64,000 bases of DNA from Opitutaceae bacterium (GTDB lineage: Bacteria; Verrucomicrobiota; Verrucomicrobiia; Opitutales; Coraliomargaritaceae), in assembly GCA_051252375.1 (NCBI GenBank), contig JBPOFY010000006.1, positions 118,786 to 182,785 of the forward strand, in the 5' to 3' direction. The translations under genes and the position numbers were made by a program. Positions 49,676-56,794 of this stretch are shown in pieces; position 1 is the stretch's first letter; the number at the start of each line of letters is the position of its first letter. Below the pieces are notes generated by a model, which saw only the letters and a program-made list of their open reading frames with translations, was not told the DNA's origin and did no database searches.

Positions 49676-50098
49676 TTAGTTGTAAGGGTTCTTGCGGCGC
49701 GGGTTGCGGCTGTGGATTCTCCAAGGCTCTAAGAAGCCTTCGTTTTCAAGTTCCACGCAGGTCTTGGCGTCTTCGCCGAGTTGGTGGCGCTCTTCATGGT
49801 AGCGTTGGCACACGAATTCAATCGGACCACCACCTCCGCTTTTGTCCCGGTCGATGCCGAATATCTCTCGGATAAGACGCGGCCAGCGGCGCCCTACGAG
49901 AACGGAGATTGGACGAAACTTGTGGTTTTCGTCTACGTGGTGGCCGTCCAGATACTTGCCCGGGATATTGCACTTGCCGCATTTCATGCAGCCGATGCAT
50001 TCCTTGAGTTTGTTGAGTCTGGGCAGGTTCTTCTTCCGGTTGCGACGGATCTGGCGTGAGACTTGAAGCGAACAGTTGGGTGTGTATTTCTTAGGCAT
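49676..50098 (-). CDS. HNH-like zinc-binding nuclease domain protein
   Basis: GCMKCG...LDGHHVD..K..IS...EI...VCQRYHEERH; resembles phage HNH proteins, with the second CxxC degenerate. Confidence 0.55.
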   Translation of the reverse strand: MPKKYTPNCSLQVSRQIRRNRKKNLPRLNKLKECIGCMKCGKCNIPGKYLDGHHVDENHKFRPISVLVGRRWPRLIREIFGIDRDKSGGGGPIEFVCQRYHEERHQLGEDAKTCVELENEGFLEPWRIHSRNPRRKNPYN

Positions 50099-50133
50099 GT
50101 TTGGAACTAATCTAATTACTAGGAGCAGCGTGA

Positions 50134-51951
50134 TTACTGCTCATTTTTAGTTCCAAGCATTTCAGTATATTCACTGAAATGCTGCCGCCAGTGCTCAAAA
50201 ATTATCCACTGACTAGCCGTATCGAGGGTGACATAGTTGCACAGGAGAGTGGCGATCTCTTTCTTCTTTGGGCGAGTCACTCTGCGTCCGATGATCATCT
50301 CGCGATAGGCTTGCATCGCACCGCAGCCTTCGCGAACTTCTATGCTTCGCCCATCAATGTCCGCGCTGGGAAGGATACTATAAGGATCAAGGATTTCGCC
50401 GTCTCTTTCCGAATAATAGCGTTTGAAGTAGTCGTGGGAGTGCAGACTTAGGTTGTTTTTCCAAATGGCCGGCAGTACGACTTTGATGGATGTGCGTCCG
50501 CCCATTTGTGGATGAAAGTAGAAACGATGAACCCAATCGTGCTGGTCGATGATCCGATCAGAGTTGAGAAGATCCGCGATCCACTCTCGCTCTTCTTTAC
50601 TCTCAACATGGTGTAGCCGATTCAGTAGGCCGATGGCCTCGGTGAGAATCCGATTTTCGTAATCTGTGTATACGAGCACGCTACCCACACCGTCCAATGC
50701 TGAACGTAGGTTTTTAATGAACGGTAGCGTCGGCACGCGATCTTCAGTGTTGAGCCACTCCCGGTGCTCGAAACTTCCGTCTTCATGTAGAATATGGGCG
50801 GAAAATTGAAATGGCAGTGTCTCGTAAGGCTTCAGCCCTGGGTGCCAAGGGATCGCTGACATTGTTGTTTCGAAATCGACGAAAGCAATCGGCCATTGGA
50901 GTTTTTCGATTTCCTCGCGCAGTTGCGGATCGATCCATTCATTGCCACTGCCCTGACATTCTAGTTGAATCCGCTGGCGATTGGCATGTTCCCCATGGAG
51001 CTCATTCTCCTCGACGTCAAAAAGAGAGGTTGTACCAGCACGAATCTTCTCATCGGCGAGCAAGGCCTGTTTATTCTCAGGCATCTTGAGAGAATACAGT
51101 TGATGAAGGTCGAACAGGTGCGGAGTAGACTCGGACAGTTTACCCCAGCATTTGTGGAAGCCGTCAGTATTATCACCCTTGAGCCTGAATACACAGTTTC
51201 GGCATCCATATCTAAGTTGTGGCTCGGGACGTTGACCTGATTTCCAAGCCAACGCCATCGAGTCCATTGTAGCTGATGTTGCGATTTGGATTCGCTCGAT
51301 GGCCGTGCTGGCGGGGAAAAATTTCAGCACTGATTCGGAGCGACGTTTATTTATGATCTCTTCACAGAGCTCAAAAAGCGCAATTTCTTCCCGTTCCCGT
51401 GCGGCCATGACCTCGTCTTGGCAAGCCCTCGCTTGTTCTTCTGGTAGTAAGAAGAAGGGGATGACCGTCAGGTTTGGAAAGGCTCGTTTCAGGACTTCGA
51501 CCTGGAACGCCAAATCGTAAACGATCTCTCTGTATGCTGCGCGTACATCGCCATAACAATTGATCAGCATTTTTCCCTCCCTGTGCTGTCGCAGGTTCCC
51601 GTTTTTTGATTTTACCTCAATAATGTAGAGAGTGCCGCCTTTCCGAATCAGCACATCCGGACGGATCACAAAGTCTCCCGTAATGATGCAGCTTTCGAAG
51701 AGGGTGCAGTCTTGTTCGAGTTGTGCCATAGTCATCTGATTAACACGCTCAGGATTTTTCTTCTCCATCAAGACGCCATTCGCGAAGAGCCGCTGCGCCA
51801 TAAGCCCGACGGTTTGTCCTTCTTTTTCGAGAAATTTCAGAAAGGCGTCGTCATCGTTTTTGGATTCGCAATCAGACCATCCATAGTGGGCGGCAGTTGG
51901 ACAGGTTATCCAGCGAGAGAAGTCAGATTTAATAAGATATTTTTTAGGCAT
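50134..51951 (-). CDS. DUF2779-domain protein: N-terminal PD-(D/E)xK/Cas4-like nuclease plus C-terminal RNase H-like domain
   Basis: KSDF...CP, RPDVL...IIEVKS, DLAFQ, C..C..C; FVDFET, PFQFSAH, SIKVVLPA, Y..LDT. Start likely ATG 51951 (ORF track 52032). Confidence 0.75.
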   Translation of the reverse strand: MPKKYLIKSDFSRWITCPTAAHYGWSDCESKNDDDAFLKFLEKEGQTVGLMAQRLFANGVLMEKKNPERVNQMTMAQLEQDCTLFESCIITGDFVIRPDVLIRKGGTLYIIEVKSKNGNLRQHREGKMLINCYGDVRAAYREIVYDLAFQVEVLKRAFPNLTVIPFFLLPEEQARACQDEVMAAREREEIALFELCEEIINKRRSESVLKFFPASTAIERIQIATSATMDSMALAWKSGQRPEPQLRYGCRNCVFRLKGDNTDGFHKCWGKLSESTPHLFDLHQLYSLKMPENKQALLADEKIRAGTTSLFDVEENELHGEHANRQRIQLECQGSGNEWIDPQLREEIEKLQWPIAFVDFETTMSAIPWHPGLKPYETLPFQFSAHILHEDGSFEHREWLNTEDRVPTLPFIKNLRSALDGVGSVLVYTDYENRILTEAIGLLNRLHHVESKEEREWIADLLNSDRIIDQHDWVHRFYFHPQMGGRTSIKVVLPAIWKNNLSLHSHDYFKRYYSERDGEILDPYSILPSADIDGRSIEVREGCGAMQAYREMIIGRRVTRPKKKEIATLLCNYVTLDTASQWIIFEHWRQHFSEYTEMLGTKNEQ

Positions 51952-52046
51952 AAATTTCAGTTCCACGTGGGATCCGAAAATATAAGCAATACTTGATGTG
52001 CTGAGGCCGTTTTTACCGACTTCAGTGCTCATGAAGTTTTTGGTCG

Positions 52047-53288
52047 TTATCTCACCATTTTATGCGGGAGTTCCGACTTGGAGAGAGATGACCGGTCACG
52101 TGGTCGCTCCCGTCCTCGCCTTGCGCGGGCAAGGCCGAAGTTCGATAACTCTTGCCCGATTAGAATAAACAAATCCTCGATACATGTGTCAGTTGGGACA
52201 TCTTCAATCTTGGGTTCGTAATCAAGTTCTGCATTGCAGCGCTTCTTGAGCATTCGCATGTCTGTAATCAGTTCTTCAAAGATCGGGACTTTCGAATTGA
52301 GTTTCTCCACGTGCTTAAGCGTTGTGCTGATGTCTAGATGGTGACGTGTTTTCCACGACGGTGGAGACCAGTGACTTTCCTCAATCAGGCAGCTTGTGCC
52401 GGACAGCTTCTGATTGCTTAGCTTTTCCAGATTTCGTATATTTTCTTCTAGTTTCGTCTGCGCGATTTTGGATTCTTGCAGGTATGGTAAGCAGCTTTTA
52501 TTTTCTGCGCGAATTTCCTCCCGCAGAGCCCATCGGTCGGAATACAATCCGCGCTGATGCATAGCGTTGGCTGCGGGGCCTAACTTCGGTTCGGGGGTAC
52601 GGTCGATGCCACGTTTTGCGTAAGAGCGCTCGTCAAATTCAATGTTTTCTCCTTGTTGTTCAAAGCCACGTTTCATTGCGCGAGCCCACTCTTTGCGCAT
52701 GTCGTTTAGCTCATTGCGTGAGTAGTTTAAATCGTCGAGTTCGCGAAGTTTAACACCCATACCTTGTGGTGTGACTTCGCGTGTCGGCACCGTGATATGG
52801 ACATGTAAGTTGCGCCCGGTTTTGGGCGGGTTGGGGTTGTCTTTGTGAGGGTCGTGAATATCGGCGACGATAGTGGTTCGGTATCTCTTTTGGAGCCAAT
52901 GTGCGTATGCGGTGACCTCGCTGATGAAGGTATTCGGGTTCATTCCGTCCGGGCAGACTATTACGATCTCTCGACCAACGCGTGAATCTTTACGCTTCTC
53001 CGCAGTTTCCATTGCACTGGCGAGTTTCTGACGATCTTTGCTCCATCCGCATTCTTTAGGTGTGGCGAAGATTTCAGCGAGCAGATGATTTTTTGAACCG
53101 TAATTGTGAACGGTTCCTGTGATCGCATCCACTAGTTTACAGCAACCTCGGTAGGCCAAGCTCGCGACAACGCTCTTGTTGTAAACGACTCCCTTTGTCT
53201 TTCGCAATTCGCCGGTGCTTTTGTTGACCGTAGGCGCGCCTCGACGCCAGGTGTTGATTTTGAAGTAGGTTAGATTTCGTGCTGTCAT
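52047..53288 (-). CDS. MobA/MobL family (MOBQ) relaxase
   Basis: SVVASLAYR, AEKRKDSRVGREI, DIHDP...NLHVHI...TR, WA, DERSY..RGI..P..KLGP. Start likely ATG 53288. Confidence 0.88.
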   Translation of the reverse strand: MTARNLTYFKINTWRRGAPTVNKSTGELRKTKGVVYNKSVVASLAYRGCCKLVDAITGTVHNYGSKNHLLAEIFATPKECGWSKDRQKLASAMETAEKRKDSRVGREIVIVCPDGMNPNTFISEVTAYAHWLQKRYRTTIVADIHDPHKDNPNPPKTGRNLHVHITVPTREVTPQGMGVKLRELDDLNYSRNELNDMRKEWARAMKRGFEQQGENIEFDERSYAKRGIDRTPEPKLGPAANAMHQRGLYSDRWALREEIRAENKSCLPYLQESKIAQTKLEENIRNLEKLSNQKLSGTSCLIEESHWSPPSWKTRHHLDISTTLKHVEKLNSKVPIFEELITDMRMLKKRCNAELDYEPKIEDVPTDTCIEDLFILIGQELSNFGLARARRGRERPRDRSSLSKSELPHKMVR

Positions 53289-53344
53289 AGCACTATCATA
53301 CTGAAAATCGATCTCCCGGGTCAAATGGGCCAGTCGGAAGGATT

Positions 53345-53585
53345 CTACCCTGCGAAGCAAAGGGCGAGGTTACATTGGGAAAGTGCGAAGCACGTCCAAT
53401 GTATAAACCTCGCTTACGCTCCCTCTATCGAGGGGCGTAAGGTTGGACTGCTTCGCAGTCTACGGGGGAAAATGGATGGGGGTTGTCCGTTGTTTTGGGC
53501 GAAGTCCAAGAATCATAAATCCGTCAGTTGAAGCCTGCGAAGCGGGCAAAAATCCATAGCTCTGTTGTTAATAGCGAAGCTCAAA
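53345..53585. promoter_or_regulatory. Candidate oriT / single-strand initiation region upstream of the relaxase
   Basis: Six GCGAAG(C/T) GAA-triloop mini-hairpins, a larger CTTACGC..CCCTC/GAGGGG..GCGTAAG hairpin, and AAGTGCG resembling part of the MOBQ nick core. Confidence 0.55.
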
Positions 53586-53706
53586 TTGTAGTCTGGGATT
53601 TGGGATACGAGTAAACTTTTAAGCGGTTCAAATTGATCAGGGATTTAACTTTATTCGGTGTTTTTTGAGATATACCGTAATCAGTTAAATTAAGAAATGA
53701 CTAATG

Positions 53707-54951
53707 CTAATGGACAAGCATTTGACGGAGATTCTTTACCCGTTCCTGAATGATTTTCCCGATAGCTTCTTCGGTAACATTGGTCGGACTGTTTGCCAAT
53801 GACTCAACCTGGTCGACGAATTGAAGCGTTTGTTTGAATGCCTGTTTTTTTGAAAATTCGATGTGCTCCCAGTAATGTTCCCAGTCGTAAATTCTGAGTT
53901 TGGATGGCAGATAAGCGCTACCAATTTTCATCGCCATTTTTTGTGAGAGTTCAGGGTAGCTCGCCGTGCTGACAAGATCATAGAGTGGAGCCAGTTGGAC
54001 GGATTGCTGTCCGCCCTTTTGAGTGTAGAGCAGTGAAAAGTTTTTTCCGTGTGCATCGTTATTGCCGATTAGGAAATTGAAGATGACCGCATTGAATAGG
54101 TGAATCAGATCCCGTGCAGGTCGGGTGGAAGCGCTGCGTATCAATTGAAAGCAACTAGCTAAATCGGGGCCACCCTCATTTTGGTATTTGATTCGTGTGG
54201 GTATGCCTAGAGCCTGGCAGAAATCTTCCTGATGTAGTCGTTGTAACTTTCCAGCTTTGTCGTGAATTCGATCATAGCGTTCGACGACGAGGCAACGGTG
54301 TGGCCCGAACGTTGTGGCTTCTGCCTCAGTGGTTGGTAGTCCTGAACGTCTTGCAAGATTGAGGCAGTAAGCTTCGTTGAGTGATAATCTCGGGAAGCGT
54401 TCCCATTCGGGCTTGAGGATGTGCGAACTGGGAGATTCGTGCAAAGGTAATGAGAATTCTTCGCCTTCCTTGAAGAGCGCAACTTTGTTTTGAGCACCCG
54501 CCAGCGACAACCTCACCTCGGTTCGACCTGCGAGTAGTGGGCGTTGAGGTAACTGGTCGAGGATTTCTATAAGCTCGCTTTCTGAAATCGAAGCGTATCG
54601 GTGCTCGTCTTCCCCCAGTGTAGTCTTGGGATCGACCAGAGAGACCGCACCGGCGCATTCGCCTCCGATTTCACGCAGCATGGCGAAATCATTGCGGGCT
54701 GTAATACCCAGATTGCGTGCGATGAGTTCGCGGTTGTATTCCTCGGGCAAGAGCCCTCCGAAGAAACCGATACACTCTCGTTCCTCATATGTTTCTGGTC
54801 GAAGGGGGAGGGACTGTGAAAGTGAGTGTGCTCCTTTGGATTCCAGCCACTCACCGTTGTAGCTGAATTCAATTCGTCCTTCGAGCGTCTGCACAAGGGC
54901 ACCCGTAAGTTCGCCGTGAAAATACACATGTAGCGTTTTCATAATTTTCAA
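53707..54951 (-). CDS. hipA: Type II toxin HipA (Ser/Thr kinase) with N-terminal couple domain
   Basis: FFGGLLPE, SLAGAQNK, HILKP, VERYDR, HQEDFCQALG, GNNDAHGKNFS, LAPLYD. Confidence 0.93.
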   Translation of the reverse strand: MKIMKTLHVYFHGELTGALVQTLEGRIEFSYNGEWLESKGAHSLSQSLPLRPETYEERECIGFFGGLLPEEYNRELIARNLGITARNDFAMLREIGGECAGAVSLVDPKTTLGEDEHRYASISESELIEILDQLPQRPLLAGRTEVRLSLAGAQNKVALFKEGEEFSLPLHESPSSHILKPEWERFPRLSLNEAYCLNLARRSGLPTTEAEATTFGPHRCLVVERYDRIHDKAGKLQRLHQEDFCQALGIPTRIKYQNEGGPDLASCFQLIRSASTRPARDLIHLFNAVIFNFLIGNNDAHGKNFSLLYTQKGGQQSVQLAPLYDLVSTASYPELSQKMAMKIGSAYLPSKLRIYDWEHYWEHIEFSKKQAFKQTLQFVDQVESLANSPTNVTEEAIGKIIQERVKNLRQMLVH

Positions 54952-55154
54952 TCGCTAGGAGGATGCAATTCGATGCGGATGCCCAGGGCTGTCGTGACAT
55001 CTAAGATTTTTCCAATTTGGCAGGTTGCTTTGCCTCGTTCTAATTCCGAGACAAAGCGCTGCGCCGTGTTCGCAGTCAGAGCCAATTCGCTCTGCGTAAG
55101 CCCTTGTTGTTTCCTTGCTGCCCTGATGGCTTTACCTATCTGTTCAATTTTCAT
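54948..55154 (-). CDS. hipB: HipB-like XRE antitoxin
   Basis: IRAARKQQGLTQSELA...FVSELERGK; ATGA overlap with hipA. Confidence 0.88.
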   Translation of the reverse strand: MKIEQIGKAIRAARKQQGLTQSELALTANTAQRFVSELERGKATCQIGKILDVTTALGIRIELHPPSD

Positions 55155-55156
55155 GA

Positions 55157-55274
55157 TTATTACAGATCGGTAATAAACAGATAATCTGACATGAACGCAA
55201 GTAGTTTATTACCGTTCGGTATTTTAATGGGAATTATACTCGTTAAGCTTAATTATATTCCCGATCGGTAAGTA
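55157..55274. promoter_or_regulatory. Three palindromic hipBA operators at an exact 49-bp period
   Basis: TTATTACAGATCGGTAATAA (55157-55176), TTATTACCGTTCGGTATTTT (55206-55225), ATATTCCCGATCGGTAAGTA (55255-55274). Confidence 0.75.
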
Positions 55275-55429
55275 AATTCTGTCTTTGTTGAAGTAGGGCA
55301 ATTCTTCGATCGTTCGCCCTTGAAGCCGCATAAATACTGAGCTTGTGGCACATTTGACAAATTTGCACGCAATTCAGGATACTCTTAGTAGCTCGAATAT
55401 CGGGTGAAAAAGTAAACAAAGGAACCATT

Positions 55430-55771
55430 ATGAAAACAGAAACTAAAATCGAGGCGGAAATTCGCCGCCATCGGGAAAAATTGAAACAACTTGAGCGGGA
55501 GCGCAGTGCGGTAAAGCGTCGCCGGCTTGCTCATGAGCAAAAGCGTCTTGATCGCCTAAATATGCTTTTGGGCCGTGCGCTGGTTCTTATCTCAAAATCG
55601 AAGACGTTTGAAGGTATTAAGGGGCACCTCGGTAAAGAAAAAGCTCAATTGGTTCACCGTATTCAAAAGAAGGAAGGTGAGGTCGTTGAGGACGACACTG
55701 ACTTTCGTGAGTTGATAGCTTATCTGGATGAGATAATCTTGCTAAAGGAGGCCGAGGACGAAGTGAATTAA
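55430..55771 (+). CDS. Putative relaxosome accessory protein (MobC/MobS/TraD-like coiled coil)
   Basis: Basic coiled coil followed by KRLDRLNMLLGRALV, resembling the R..R.ILLGA motif of MOBQ accessory proteins; divergent from the relaxase; TTGACA at 55354 upstream. Confidence 0.5.
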   Translation: MKTETKIEAEIRRHREKLKQLERERSAVKRRRLAHEQKRLDRLNMLLGRALVLISKSKTFEGIKGHLGKEKAQLVHRIQKKEGEVVEDDTDFRELIAYLDEIILLKEAEDEVN

Positions 55772-55868
55772 AGTGACTGGCTGGTATTATCCACGGGTAC
55801 TCATAACGATTATAACATCAATTCGTTCGGTAGATGCGATCTCTGTCTGCGAAAGTAGTAGGTGTAGA

Positions 55869-56788
55869 ATCTGCGTTATCTGCGATATTCAGATGTCCGT
55901 CGATGTATGATGAGTAAATTGTATGCTTCGTTTTATTGCGCAGGTTCGAAACTTCGCGAGATCTTTGCAGCGGATGGCGATACCGATGGTATGGGGCAGG
56001 GGACGGCCTTCAAAAGCGATGGCGAGTCGGTAGTCGATAATAGCAGCCTTGGCGATGTGGTGCAGGCTGGAGCCGATGGCCACGGTCAGGCCTTCGGGGA
56101 TTACTTTGGTGCCGGGTTCGTGGAGGATCTTTCCGTCGAGGCTGTTACGTTCCAGTTGGTCGGTTGTTGCGGTGAAGCTTTCCAAAAAACTGCGGCAGTT
56201 CTCGATTAGTTTGGCTGGAAGGTTATTGAGGAGGTATTTCGCAAGTTCGTAGTCTGGGCGAATACACCACTGATCTTTTACGGGAAGAAATTGCGCTCTT
56301 CTTCGTGTCCTTAGAAAGGCGTGAATTTTGCGGTCTTCCTCGCCTTGAAGGACTATGAATTTGCCATCTTTCTCTCGGCAGGTCGACGGGGTCTCCTTGA
56401 AATGTGTCCTGATGGCAGTGGCAGCTTCAGGATACAGAAAGAAATTGTGGTCTATGACTAAAAGGTGAACCGCTCGTCCACTTAACCGCGTTATTGGCAG
56501 TCGCCAGCATTTCCCAGCTCTATCCCATTTGCTAAAGTATAGCTTCAAATGAGCAACGACTTCTTGTTTGATTTCAGTCGTAACTTCAATCTGGGTTTGC
56601 TCGTGGGATAGGCGAATCTGGTTTTTATTATCTGGTTCCATGCCAGAGTATAGTTGTAAATCCCTAAAGCGAAACATTCAGTTCGCACTTAAGATTTCTC
56701 TTATCTATAATCGACCGTCTGGAGTGAATGCCGGTGTTTCCAGACCCTTATTTGCATGACAGGGGAGGATTTCGCAGATAACGCAGAT
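55869..56788. repeat. Perfect 17-bp inverted repeat flanking ORF 55889..56677
   Basis: ATCTGCGTTATCTGCGA (55869-55885) and TCGCAGATAACGCAGAT (56772-56788). Each arm is a 9-bp-period tandem of ATCTGCG. Confidence 0.8.
55889..56677 (-). CDS. Hypothetical protein with two HARP/DUF5710-like repeats
   Basis: KWDRAGKCWRLP and AQFLPVKDQWCIRP segments; 262 aa. Confidence 0.55.
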   Translation of the reverse strand: MFRFRDLQLYSGMEPDNKNQIRLSHEQTQIEVTTEIKQEVVAHLKLYFSKWDRAGKCWRLPITRLSGRAVHLLVIDHNFFLYPEAATAIRTHFKETPSTCREKDGKFIVLQGEEDRKIHAFLRTRRRAQFLPVKDQWCIRPDYELAKYLLNNLPAKLIENCRSFLESFTATTDQLERNSLDGKILHEPGTKVIPEGLTVAIGSSLHHIAKAAIIDYRLAIAFEGRPLPHTIGIAIRCKDLAKFRTCAIKRSIQFTHHTSTDI

Positions 56789-56794
56789 ATTTCC

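Noticed and set aside
50084..51951. DUF2779 (start 51951) and the HNH-like gene (start 50098) both begin MPKKY
   Set aside because: Similarity is limited to five codons; probably N-terminal composition bias.
50134..51951. Cas4-like nuclease suggesting a CRISPR-Cas locus
   Set aside because: No repeat-spacer array or other cas genes were seen in the window; the protein fits the stand-alone DUF2779 architecture.
55796..55823. dif-like site GGTACTCATAA-CGATTA-TAACATCAATT
   Set aside because: The XerC-like arm matches E. coli dif at 9/11 but the XerD arm only at 6/11, and no partner site was found.
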